Of a stretch of 64,000 nucleotides of DNA, positions 26,829-35,732 are shown one piece after another. The notes beneath the pieces were generated by a model, which was not told where the DNA came from, did not search any database, and was given only the letters and a program-made list of their open reading frames with translations. The stretch is taken from positions 1,733-65,732 of the forward strand of contig JAGBEO010000001.1 in the NCBI GenBank assembly GCA_017936885.1, written 5' to 3'. The stretch comes from Lachnospiraceae bacterium (lineage in GTDB: Bacteria; Bacillota; Clostridia; Lachnospirales; Lachnospiraceae). The first letter of the stretch is position 1; each line of letters begins with the position of its first letter. The position numbers and the translations under genes are program-made.

Positions 26829-27401
26829 TTAAGGAAGTTCTACGAAAGCAACTGCTCCTGAGTTCTTTAAGTTAAGAACAACATGATCAGCTCTTACTTC
26901 TACAACTTCTACGTCAACCCAAGCACCATTTACATACTGCTTAGCTACAACCTTCTTGCCCTCAGCAAGACCTTTAACATAGAAATTGATAGTTGCTACA
27001 TTGTAGTTTGCACCGGGGAAATCAATCTTTACTACATTCAGTAAAGTACCGCCGAGTGCTGCTGCCTGAGCATTTGCAGACGTTACTACCGCCTGAACTG
27101 CTTTAGACAGAGTTGCTGTCAGGTTAGTTGCAACACCATTAATCATGATCTTGCCGCCCTGACCTACCGGCATAGCAGATGCTAAACCGGGAGTTTCTAC
27201 TACTGCATTGTTGTAGTATTCACCCGCACTCATGCCTCTTTCTGCTGCTGCCTGCTGGTCAGCTGCTGCGTGGAAGCCTTCACTTGCATAAGCAGGGGAA
27301 GAACTTGCAACTACCGCTGCTGCTGTAGGGGAACCAGCTGCGCATACAGTCATGGAAGCCATCATTACGGATGCTGTTAATAAAGCTACGAATTTTTTCA
27401 T
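26829..27401 (-). CDS. Secreted Ala-rich protein of unknown function
   Basis: Signal peptide MKKFVALLTASVMMASMTVCAAG. AAGGAGG lies upstream. No recognisable domain. Confidence 0.6.
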   Translation of the reverse strand: MKKFVALLTASVMMASMTVCAAGSPTAAAVVASSSPAYASEGFHAAADQQAAAERGMSAGEYYNNAVVETPGLASAMPVGQGGKIMINGVATNLTATLSKAVQAVVTSANAQAAALGGTLLNVVKIDFPGANYNVATINFYVKGLAEGKKVVAKQYVNGAWVDVEVVEVRADHVVLNLKNSGAVAFVELP

Positions 27402-27515
27402 TGGCATCGTCCTCCTTTCATAGTCTAAGTGTGGTATATATTAACATCTAAGATGCTAATACCTGATCATTCATCCCGAAGTGGTTTCATCAGCACTTCG
27501 GTGCAATCCAGCAGT

Positions 27516-28373
27516 CTATTCCAAGATCATGCGGTCAATGGTTCCCGCCGCGTCTTCTATCAGCGCTCCCACCACCACATACTGAGTATTATCTTCGCGA
27601 ATACTGCCGTCCAAAGTTACTAAGAAATGATACGGGGTCAGATCATCCCATCCTTCCCGCATATTTTTATTCATACTTTTGTATCCATACATATCTTCCA
27701 GATAACTTTGGCATCCGCTATAGGTAGTATAATCATATCTGCGCAGGATATCCGTGCCTTCATCGTAATATGCCGCAACCACTTCATAGGTCAGCACATT
27801 GTCCGGCAGATAGAGATAAAATACTTCATTTTCCCGGAAAAAATCTCCGTCTTCGAATTTATGTAAACTATAAAACCAATCATCCTCTTCCAAATCTTTG
27901 CCATGAAGAATGGTATTGAAATCACACATATTCATCAGATTCGGCATCTCGGTAAAGACGGAACCTGCCGCCCCTTCTTCACCGTCCGGGGTGTGGGTTT
28001 TATAATATTCATCTGTCTCATGGCTCTGGAGCACGGGTATATCAATTCCCGTTCCCGGCACATAGAGCCATGCAAAAATATCCGGATTGATCTGCTGCAG
28101 GGCATCAAAATCCACATGTCCGTCTGCGGCAGACTCTCCTGTAAAGGCATCTCCTGCAGGCAATGTCTCCTGCCCGTTGTCTGCCGTTTCTGCGCCTGTC
28201 GTTCCATCAAGAAGTTCTTCTTGTGTATCCTGGTCTTGCGTGGCTGTTTCGTCTGCTTTCTGCTCATCGGCAGACGTCTGAGCGCAGCCTGCCAGCAGAC
28301 ACGCTATCGCCAGTGCGCTGACCATTTTTTGTATGCTTTTTTTCTTTGTTTTTAATCTTTTTATTCTTTTCAT
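27516..28373 (-). CDS. Sortase-B-fold lipoprotein with substituted catalytic residues (probable pseudo-sortase)
   Basis: Lipobox LLAGC. It is collinear with class B sortases (INPDIFAWLYVPGTGIDIPVLQ, NTILHGK, VTLDGS...QYVVV), but the TLxTC Cys is Ser and the conserved Arg is Tyr. Confidence 0.6.
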   Translation of the reverse strand: MKRIKRLKTKKKSIQKMVSALAIACLLAGCAQTSADEQKADETATQDQDTQEELLDGTTGAETADNGQETLPAGDAFTGESAADGHVDFDALQQINPDIFAWLYVPGTGIDIPVLQSHETDEYYKTHTPDGEEGAAGSVFTEMPNLMNMCDFNTILHGKDLEEDDWFYSLHKFEDGDFFRENEVFYLYLPDNVLTYEVVAAYYDEGTDILRRYDYTTYSGCQSYLEDMYGYKSMNKNMREGWDDLTPYHFLVTLDGSIREDNTQYVVVGALIEDAAGTIDRMILE

Positions 28374-28449
28374 TTTTTATTTGCTCCCGTGTCCGGCATA
28401 CATATATCATGATTGTCTATCAAGTCAGGACATCATAAGCTTTCCGTCC

Positions 28450-29610
28450 TTATGGCATCTCCACCGGTTCATAGAATATATTCAGGATCATTTCATACAG
28501 TGCTGCCTCATCCACGTAGAACTCCTCAAACTCTTCTCCCTGTACAGTTTCCCCTTCCAGAGAATAGATATGACTTTGATCGAAACGATAATCTAACGCA
28601 ATAGAGGACAGGTATGCCACTTCATCTGCCGTCACATCAGTCGTCATATAGGAAGACAGCTCATTGTACATTTTGACCGGAAGAAGTAAATCTTTTCCTG
28701 TCTGTACCTTCACTTTATTCATCATTTCTGCCAGATACTGCTTCTGCCTTTGCAGGCGCATATCCGCTGACCCGAATTGCTTCGTATCCCGGAATCTGAC
28801 ATAGGAATATGCCGTCTCACCATCCAGCAGCTTCGTCTCTCCTTCCTGCAGGATCACCGTGCCGCTCTTATCTCCATAACGTTTTACATTCTCTAATGCG
28901 GTAAGTTCTACACCGCCTGCCATATCCGTCAGCGGAATAACCGCCTTGGCATTAATGGCACAATATCCGTGAATCGGAATCTGATAGAAAAGGTTTCTGA
29001 CGGCTTTCACCTGATATTCACAGCTTTCTTCCACACCGTTTCCGAAGCCGTGCTGCACAGCAATCTGTGCCGTAATAGTATTCACATAAGCGCCTTCCTC
29101 ATTGTAAATATCAATATCCGTCATGCTGTTTCGGTTAATGCCGATCACACTGATGGATTCCGTGTGGGGATTTAACACCAACAGGAAAAGGGCATCTGCC
29201 TGTCCGCCGTTTGTTCCTTCCTCCACTTCCTTTACCACTTCATCATTTTTATCTATTCCCATAAAAAGGAATGTGAGCACGTCTTCGTTATAGGCATAAA
29301 TCTGCCCCTTATACTTTACCCAGCCTTCCTGCCAGATCTGCTCCTCTTCCTCTGTCAGCTCCTCTGCATGTTCCGACACCATCCTATCCGGTTCTATCAC
29401 CTGATCTGCGCGGTGCAGTCTTGCTTTTCCCATCGCACCTGCCACGATATAGGACAGGATAACCACTCCGATCACGATCACCAATGCCAGAACGACTGCC
29501 AGTACTATGCGGCATATTTTCTGTTTTTTCTTTCTTTTTACTCTCTCCGGACTAAGCAGCTCTTCTTTTTCCAGATTTGCCGCCTTATCGCTCCGCTTTT
29601 TCTTTCCCAT
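28450..29610 (-). CDS. LCP (LytR-CpsA-Psr) family glycopolymer-peptidoglycan ligase
   Basis: N-terminal TM helix, then FMGIDKND...GQADALFLLVLNPHTESISVIGINRNSMTDI, typical of the LCP domain. Confidence 0.85.
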   Translation of the reverse strand: MGKKKRSDKAANLEKEELLSPERVKRKKKQKICRIVLAVVLALVIVIGVVILSYIVAGAMGKARLHRADQVIEPDRMVSEHAEELTEEEEQIWQEGWVKYKGQIYAYNEDVLTFLFMGIDKNDEVVKEVEEGTNGGQADALFLLVLNPHTESISVIGINRNSMTDIDIYNEEGAYVNTITAQIAVQHGFGNGVEESCEYQVKAVRNLFYQIPIHGYCAINAKAVIPLTDMAGGVELTALENVKRYGDKSGTVILQEGETKLLDGETAYSYVRFRDTKQFGSADMRLQRQKQYLAEMMNKVKVQTGKDLLLPVKMYNELSSYMTTDVTADEVAYLSSIALDYRFDQSHIYSLEGETVQGEEFEEFYVDEAALYEMILNIFYEPVEMP

Positions 29611-29627
29611 ATTGATACCTTTCCCAA

Positions 29628-30488
29628 TTACTTTCTTACATGTACCATTACGGTAACCGAATCAGACAGATTTCCGTCAGAATCCTCCGCCTGCAAAGTA
29701 ACCGGATAATCTCCTGCCTTGCCAGATGTAAACTTGCTGATGTGTAAGTTATAGTACAAGGTCGTATAATCATCCTTATCATCCCGCAAGGTTTCTATCA
29801 GCTCTGTCCATGGAGGTGAGGTTCCTTCCTGAATCGTCACTTCGCTTTTCTTAAGTGTCAGCATAGGATAGCCGCTCTTGTCCACAGCCTGCTTTACAGG
29901 TTCCGGCTCCGGCTCGTCTTCATCTGCCGCTGCCTCTTCATCCTCTTCTTCCTCATCGTCCGGCTCCGCGTCAGCGTCTTCTTCATCTTGCGTCCGGCTT
30001 TCCTCATCGTCTTCCGTTTCACTGTCTGCGTCCGACTCACTGCTCTCCTGCCCGTTTTCTTCTTCGGTTTCTTCTGATCCTGCTGCCTCGCCCGTCTCGT
30101 TTTCTGCCGTGTTTGTTTCCTTCTGCTGCTCTGTCACATATTCCGGCACTTCATCGCTTGGCTCCATGGGAAATATTCTGGATACCTTCGTTACGTTGCC
30201 TGCCATATCACTGACCGCATAGTAGACTACCGCCGTACTGCTGTCTTCATTCTCCACAATCTTTTCAATCACAATACGTTCCGTAATATTGCCATCCTGA
30301 TTGTCGTAAGCTATGATGTTATCCAAAAGCAGATCTTCACCATCAGAGTGCAAATAGGTATAGTCGCTGGTCTGAAAGCGGAATTCCGGCGGTGTATTGT
30401 CTTCCTGCATCAGCAGAAAAACGCAGCCGCATAGTATGAAAATGTTAACCACTATAATAGAAATTACAATCCATCCGTTACGTTTCAT
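29628..30488 (-). CDS. Membrane-anchored protein with two Ig-like (DUF5011-type) modules joined by a long D/E-rich linker
   Basis: N-terminal TM helix. AYDNQDGNITERI...YYAVSDMAGNVT and GDYPVTLQAEDSDGNLSDSVTV resemble DUF5011 Ig-like repeats. An acidic low-complexity segment of about 90 aa lies between them. Confidence 0.5.
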   Translation of the reverse strand: MKRNGWIVISIIVVNIFILCGCVFLLMQEDNTPPEFRFQTSDYTYLHSDGEDLLLDNIIAYDNQDGNITERIVIEKIVENEDSSTAVVYYAVSDMAGNVTKVSRIFPMEPSDEVPEYVTEQQKETNTAENETGEAAGSEETEEENGQESSESDADSETEDDEESRTQDEEDADAEPDDEEEEDEEAAADEDEPEPEPVKQAVDKSGYPMLTLKKSEVTIQEGTSPPWTELIETLRDDKDDYTTLYYNLHISKFTSGKAGDYPVTLQAEDSDGNLSDSVTVMVHVRK

Positions 30489-31339
30489 TATGATTCCTCA
30501 TCTAATATTTCCAAATCCATCTCTTCGATGTCATCAACTGTGCTCTTAAGCTTCTTGGCCTTGTCCGGCTTTGCTTCGCCTTTCGGTTCCACTCTGTTTT
30601 CCGCTTTGCCCTCTTCTCTGCTTACTGCACTTTCTGCCCCGTAATTACCGTAGTATTGTCCGTAATACTTCCCGTAATATCTGCCATAATGGCCGTAATA
30701 GCCTTTACTGTTCAGATTAACTTTGTTCAGCACTACCCCTAAGATTCTGCTCTCGGTCTTGTCCAACTGTTCTTTGACTTTTTGTACGAAACGGTAGCTC
30801 ACCGCATTATTTTCCACCACGATAACCATTCCATCGCACCGCTTGGCAACTACGGCTGCATCGATAACGCTCCCAAGAGGCGGGGTATCAATGATAATAT
30901 AATCAAAGGCTTTCCTGAGTTCCTGTAGCATCTGTTCAAACAGATCATCTCCTAACAATTCACTGGGATTGGGAGGCACCGGCCCTGCAAAGATTAAATA
31001 CAGGTTGTCCAGATTCGTCTCACAGATTGCATCCTCCAGCACTGTCCTGCCGATAAGAGTCTGGCTTAAGCCCTTGCGCACAGCACCTGTCTTATATCTT
31101 CCCACCAGCACGGATTTACGCATGTCCGCATCAATCAGTATGGTGCGTGATCCTGCCTCCGCAAAGGATTTAGCCACTTCCATCGCCACACTGGATTTAC
31201 CTTCATTCGGTGTGCAGCTGGTTATGCCAATCACTCTGATGTCACTTCCGCTGAATTCTATATTGCTTCGCAGTGTTTTAAAGGCTTCTTTTATCCTGTA
31301 ATCACTTTTCTGATCAAACTGTAACTTTACTGACTGCAT
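30488..31339 (-). CDS. cpsD: BY-kinase (CpsD/CapB-type tyrosine autokinase)
   Basis: Walker A TSCTPNEGKSSVA, Walker A' ILIDADMRKS, Walker B IIIDTPP, and Tyr cluster KGYYGHYGRYYGKYYGQYYGNYG. Confidence 0.9.
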   Translation of the reverse strand: MQSVKLQFDQKSDYRIKEAFKTLRSNIEFSGSDIRVIGITSCTPNEGKSSVAMEVAKSFAEAGSRTILIDADMRKSVLVGRYKTGAVRKGLSQTLIGRTVLEDAICETNLDNLYLIFAGPVPPNPSELLGDDLFEQMLQELRKAFDYIIIDTPPLGSVIDAAVVAKRCDGMVIVVENNAVSYRFVQKVKEQLDKTESRILGVVLNKVNLNSKGYYGHYGRYYGKYYGQYYGNYGAESAVSREEGKAENRVEPKGEAKPDKAKKLKSTVDDIEEMDLEILDEES

Positions 31340-31342
31340 CTC

Positions 31343-32080
31343 TTACCCTTTCACTTTCCTCTTTTTGCTTTTCTTATCGCCGCGGCTGTTGTCATCGGCT
31401 GCCATAGGTATCAGGGCCAGCGTACTAAGCCCCAGATATTTCTCCACATCCTCGGACGACTTGATCGTGTCATCCAACAGATACCGCACAAGTACCGCCA
31501 CACAGATCAATGCCACTCCGACCATACCTCCCACCAGAGTCCACAAGCTGCACCGCGGCCCCGCTTTCTCCGTGGGCATATTCGCTGTCTCGACCACATT
31601 CACCGCCTCGATATCCATCACATTCTGGATATGCTCACTGGCAGCTTCCCTGATACAGTTGGCAATCTTCATGGCCTGTACCGGATCATGATCTTCCACG
31701 GTAATTGATACGATACGGGTGTCCGTAGGCGTATCTACATTTACCTTGTTAAGCATATCTTCATATTCCGCATCCAGTGAAAGCATCTGGATTACTTCTT
31801 CCAGTACATATCTGCTGCTGATCAACTGGGCATAGTCCTTCGTCAACTGTGTACCCATCTGTACATCACTGTAGGTAACAGAGGATGTCTCCGTCTTATT
31901 CAGGATGTATATTTTCGTAGTAGACTCATATACCGGTGACAGCACAAATTTACTCACCACAAACCCGATCAGTGCCGTTAAGATTCCAACACTTATAATT
32001 AACCCTATCTGCCCTAACAGCACATGGAATAATTCCAGCAGATCAATTTCTATCACATCATTATTTCTTTGATTTTCCAT
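31343..32080 (-). CDS. cpsC: Wzz/CpsC-type chain-length regulator / kinase activator (YveK family)
   Basis: Two TM helices flank a periplasm-like domain. N-terminal IDLLELFHVLL... motif. Located upstream of the BY-kinase. Confidence 0.85.
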   Translation of the reverse strand: MENQRNNDVIEIDLLELFHVLLGQIGLIISVGILTALIGFVVSKFVLSPVYESTTKIYILNKTETSSVTYSDVQMGTQLTKDYAQLISSRYVLEEVIQMLSLDAEYEDMLNKVNVDTPTDTRIVSITVEDHDPVQAMKIANCIREAASEHIQNVMDIEAVNVVETANMPTEKAGPRCSLWTLVGGMVGVALICVAVLVRYLLDDTIKSSEDVEKYLGLSTLALIPMAADDNSRGDKKSKKRKVKG

Positions 32081-32136
32081 TTCTGTTTTCTCTATACTTT
32101 CTTAAATATTTTATCCAAACGTCATAATTCTCTTAT

Positions 32137-32883
32137 TTATATGTATTCGTCTCTGATCACCTTAGACGGATTCTCTGTCAGAAGACTATGCATATATTCC
32201 GCACCGTATTTCTTGCAGATATATTCTGCGCACTTAGCCATATCCGGTGTTCTGTTCGTGGCATTGTGGGCATCCGTTGCTATAAAATCAACCAACCGCT
32301 GCTTCAACAGCTTTTTGACATAACCTTTTATTCCCATACCATATCTGCCCATGACGCTTGCAGCATTCACCTGTATACAGCATCCCATCTCCCGTAATCG
32401 GATCACCCGTTCCACATCCTTACAGACTTCCTGATACCTCTCTATATGCGCCAGAATAGGCCGGTATCCTGCCATCAGCATGTCATTGACTCCATCTCTG
32501 ATATATTCCCATCTGTCCGCCGGCTGGAATTCGAGTAATACATACCTTGAATCAGCCATAGTACTTGCTTTTCCTTCTTCAAGGCACTTCACCAGATCTT
32601 CCCTGTAATAAAGTTCATTTCCCGGATACAGTTCTATTTCTATCTTCTCCTGTTTCATCTGTGCCCGAAGCAAATGAATCAGTTCCTGCATCTTTTCTTT
32701 TCCCACGTTGTGATGCATCGGTTTGTTATGGGGCGTAACGACCATTCTTCTGATTCCTTCCGCATATGCATGCCGTAGCATTTCCAGGCTCATATCCAGA
32801 TTCTTGGAACCGTCATCGACTCCCGGTAGGATATGAATATGAATATCTGTATAATTATCATAATTTGGGGTTATCTTACTCAT
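32137..32883 (-). CDS. cpsB: PHP-family manganese-dependent protein-tyrosine phosphatase (CpsB/YwqE-type)
   Basis: DIHIHILPGVDDGSK...VVTPH...ATDAHN metal-binding motifs. Confidence 0.88.
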   Translation of the reverse strand: MSKITPNYDNYTDIHIHILPGVDDGSKNLDMSLEMLRHAYAEGIRRMVVTPHNKPMHHNVGKEKMQELIHLLRAQMKQEKIEIELYPGNELYYREDLVKCLEEGKASTMADSRYVLLEFQPADRWEYIRDGVNDMLMAGYRPILAHIERYQEVCKDVERVIRLREMGCCIQVNAASVMGRYGMGIKGYVKKLLKQRLVDFIATDAHNATNRTPDMAKCAEYICKKYGAEYMHSLLTENPSKVIRDEYI

Positions 32884-32921
32884 GTGTCTTACTCATATTT
32901 CTCTCAAAATATATAGTTACA

Positions 32922-33024
32922 TTTTTCAGTATATTCTTTGCTTATTATAGATACTTTTTTCAGTATATGCAAGAGAAAATTTTGCCAGCATACTTTCTAT
33001 AAGGGGGGAGTTTTTTCAGCACAT
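32922..33024. promoter_or_regulatory. Three copies of a TTTTTCAG(T/C)A(T/C)AT motif in the cpsB / HTH divergent intergenic region
   Basis: TTTTTCAGTATAT occurs at 32922-32934 and 32956-32968 (identical copies). TTTTTCAGCACAT occurs at 33012-33024. Confidence 0.5.
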
Positions 33025-33098
33025 TTACTATAGTCATATCTATTTAAAGCTTAAGTGATTTCTGGCTAGTGTGTGAAAAGTACAAGGGGAGAAGCAAA

Positions 33099-33293
33099 AT
33101 GATCAGTTATACGCCATTGTGGAACACTATGAATGAGAAGGGAATCACTACTTATACCTTAATTAACAAGCACAATATCAATCCACGCACCATCAACAAT
33201 CTGAAACATAATAAAAGTATTACCATGGATACTTTAGAGAAGCTGTGTACAATTTTAGACTGTTCACCGAATGATGTAGTATCTTTTCTTTAA
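33099..33293 (+). CDS. Small XRE/Cro-like HTH protein (YozG/HTH_26-like)
   Basis: ITTYTLINKHNINPRTINNLKHNKSITMDTLEKLCTILDCSPNDV. AAGGGGAG lies upstream of the internal Met. Confidence 0.7.
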   Translation: MISYTPLWNTMNEKGITTYTLINKHNINPRTINNLKHNKSITMDTLEKLCTILDCSPNDVVSFL

Positions 33294-33439
33294 TTACTCA
33301 CCAAGCAAACTTCTTGCGAATCCCGTCCAAATCAGTTACAATGTATCCACGAAACTTTACGAAATCAGCAAAAAATTCCTATAGCGGAAAAATGCATATT
33401 ATAAGGAAGATATCATCTATTAAGAAAGGATGTAGCGTC

Positions 33440-35698
33440 ATGTTTGGAAAACTACTGGATTATTCCCTGACAGGGCAGACTGTGACTCTTCACTATGAAA
33501 AACAGACTGCTTTCCTGCAGGTGCTGACACCGGAAATCATCAATGTGTTTGTTCCTTTTTACACGGAAAAACACCGTTCCAAAGCCATCGAAGGCAACAA
33601 GGAGCAGACTGTTGCCGTTGCGCTTGAAGAAATTACCGTTCCCGGCGGGTCTCATATTATGTTAACTACCCCTGTACTTTCCTGCAGCATTTATGATGAC
33701 TTTAAACTGGATTTCTATGACAAAGACGGCAATTTGCTCTGTGCCGATTACCGCGGCAGCAGAGTTCCCCGGTTCCAGTTACAGGAATCTTTCATCGAAT
33801 TTATCAAACAGGAAGGACACGATGTGGATATGGCAGGCAGCAGGGATTATCCGGTGCAATGCGTCAAGGTGCTGGATGAGGGCGACTGTATCTACGGACT
33901 GGGCGACAAAACGGGCGTCCTAAACAAGCGTTGCTATGAATACGAGAATTGGAACAGTGATATTCCGGACGCCCATGAGGATTCTTTCAAATCCCTCTAT
34001 AAGAGCATTCCCTTCTTTATTACTTTAAAGGAAAAAGGGATTTACGGTATTTTCTATGACAATACCTTCAAGAGTTACTTTAACTTCGGCAAAGAGAACA
34101 ACGGCTATTACAGTTTCGGCAGCGATAACGGCAATCTGGATTATTACCTGATCGGCGGCTCTTCCATGCCCGACATCGTGAAGAATTATACCTACCTGAC
34201 CGGACGGATGCCCCTGCCCCAGAAGTGGACGCTGGGCTACCAGCAGTCCCGCTGGGGTTACGACAGCGAGGAAACCTTTCGTTCTCTTGCCGAGAATATG
34301 GCGAAGCACCGGATTCCCTGTGATGCCCTCCACTTCGACATTGATTACATGGATCATTACAAAGTGTTCACATGGGACAAGGAGCGTTTTACGGATGCTA
34401 AAGTTCTGCTCTCCGATTTGAAGAAACAGGGAATCAAAGCGGTCACCATTATTGACCCCGGTGTAAAAGTAGAAAAAGATTACCCCATGTATGAGGATGG
34501 CATAGCACAGGACTATTTTGCAAAAGACAGCGACGGCAGCGTCTATGTCAATGCAGTCTGGCCCGGTGATGCGGTTTATCCCGATTTCGGAAAGCCTGAC
34601 GTGCGAAACTGGTGGGGTGAGAATCTTTCGTTTTATGTAAACTTAGGTGTGGCTGGAATCTGGAATGACATGAATGAACCGGCAAGCTTTAACGGTCCCC
34701 TGCCGGACGATGTAGTTTTTACGGACGAAGACCGGGTTTCTACCCATGCAGAACTTCACAATGTCTATGGACACAATATGGCGAAAGCAACTTACGAAGG
34801 TTGGAAAAAACTGACCGGCAAACGTCCTTTCGTCATCACAAGAGCCTGTTACAGCGGCTCCCAGAAATATACGACCGCATGGACAGGAGACAACCAGAGT
34901 CTATGGGGTCACCTGCGGATGGCGATTCCCCAGCAATGTAACCTTGGTTTAAGCGGTATGGCTTTCATCGGTACGGATATCGGCGGATTCGGTGCGGATA
35001 CCACACCGGAGCTGCTGGCAAGATGGGTAGAAGTGGGCTGTTTCTCCCCACTGTTTCGGAATCACTGCGCCAAGGGCAGCATGAATCAGGAACCCTGGCT
35101 TTTCGGGGAGGAAGTGCTGGATATCTACCGCAAATATGTAGAACTCCGATACAGCCTGCTGCCTTACTTCTATGATTTATGCAGAGTCTGTGCACAGACC
35201 GGGCTTCCGGTGATCAGACCGCTTGTACTGCATTATGAGAATGACAGGAATGTGCAGAATTTAAATGATGAATTTCTGGTGGGAGAACAGCTTCTGGCTG
35301 CCCCGGTTGTGGAACAGGGCGCCACAAAACGCATGGTTTATCTGCCGGAAGGTATCTGGTATGACTACTGGACCCACAAAGAATATCAGGGCAAAGAATA
35401 CTATCTGGCAGACGCGCCGCTTGACACCTGTCCTCTTTTCGTCAAGGCAGGTTCTATTCTGCCTAAAGCGCCTGCACAGATGTATGTGGGAGAACTGGAT
35501 GATCCGGAGTTGATTCTGAAGCTCTATCCCGGTGAAGGCTCTTATGTACACTATCAGGATAACGGAGAAGATTTCGCCTATGAAAACGGTGCATACAATG
35601 AATACCTTTTCACGAAAAAGGCAGACGGCACACTGGAAACTAAAATGCTGCATGAAGGATATAAGAAGTATCCCGAAATTAAATTAGTAACAATCTAA
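33440..35698 (+). CDS. GH31 alpha-glucosidase/alpha-xylosidase family glycoside hydrolase
   Basis: GIWNDMNEP nucleophile motif, WTGDN, and a family-typical size of about 750 aa. Confidence 0.88.
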   Translation: MFGKLLDYSLTGQTVTLHYEKQTAFLQVLTPEIINVFVPFYTEKHRSKAIEGNKEQTVAVALEEITVPGGSHIMLTTPVLSCSIYDDFKLDFYDKDGNLLCADYRGSRVPRFQLQESFIEFIKQEGHDVDMAGSRDYPVQCVKVLDEGDCIYGLGDKTGVLNKRCYEYENWNSDIPDAHEDSFKSLYKSIPFFITLKEKGIYGIFYDNTFKSYFNFGKENNGYYSFGSDNGNLDYYLIGGSSMPDIVKNYTYLTGRMPLPQKWTLGYQQSRWGYDSEETFRSLAENMAKHRIPCDALHFDIDYMDHYKVFTWDKERFTDAKVLLSDLKKQGIKAVTIIDPGVKVEKDYPMYEDGIAQDYFAKDSDGSVYVNAVWPGDAVYPDFGKPDVRNWWGENLSFYVNLGVAGIWNDMNEPASFNGPLPDDVVFTDEDRVSTHAELHNVYGHNMAKATYEGWKKLTGKRPFVITRACYSGSQKYTTAWTGDNQSLWGHLRMAIPQQCNLGLSGMAFIGTDIGGFGADTTPELLARWVEVGCFSPLFRNHCAKGSMNQEPWLFGEEVLDIYRKYVELRYSLLPYFYDLCRVCAQTGLPVIRPLVLHYENDRNVQNLNDEFLVGEQLLAAPVVEQGATKRMVYLPEGIWYDYWTHKEYQGKEYYLADAPLDTCPLFVKAGSILPKAPAQMYVGELDDPELILKLYPGEGSYVHYQDNGEDFAYENGAYNEYLFTKKADGTLETKMLHEGYKKYPEIKLVTI

Positions 35699-35732
35699 CT
35701 GCCGTTCTTTCGGTCTGCAGATCTCCAATATA

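Noticed and set aside
29878-30222. A Ser-rich 114-aa ORF on the plus strand.
   Set aside because: It is the antisense reading of the GA-rich codons that encode the D/E-rich linker of 29628-30488. This is a compositional artefact.
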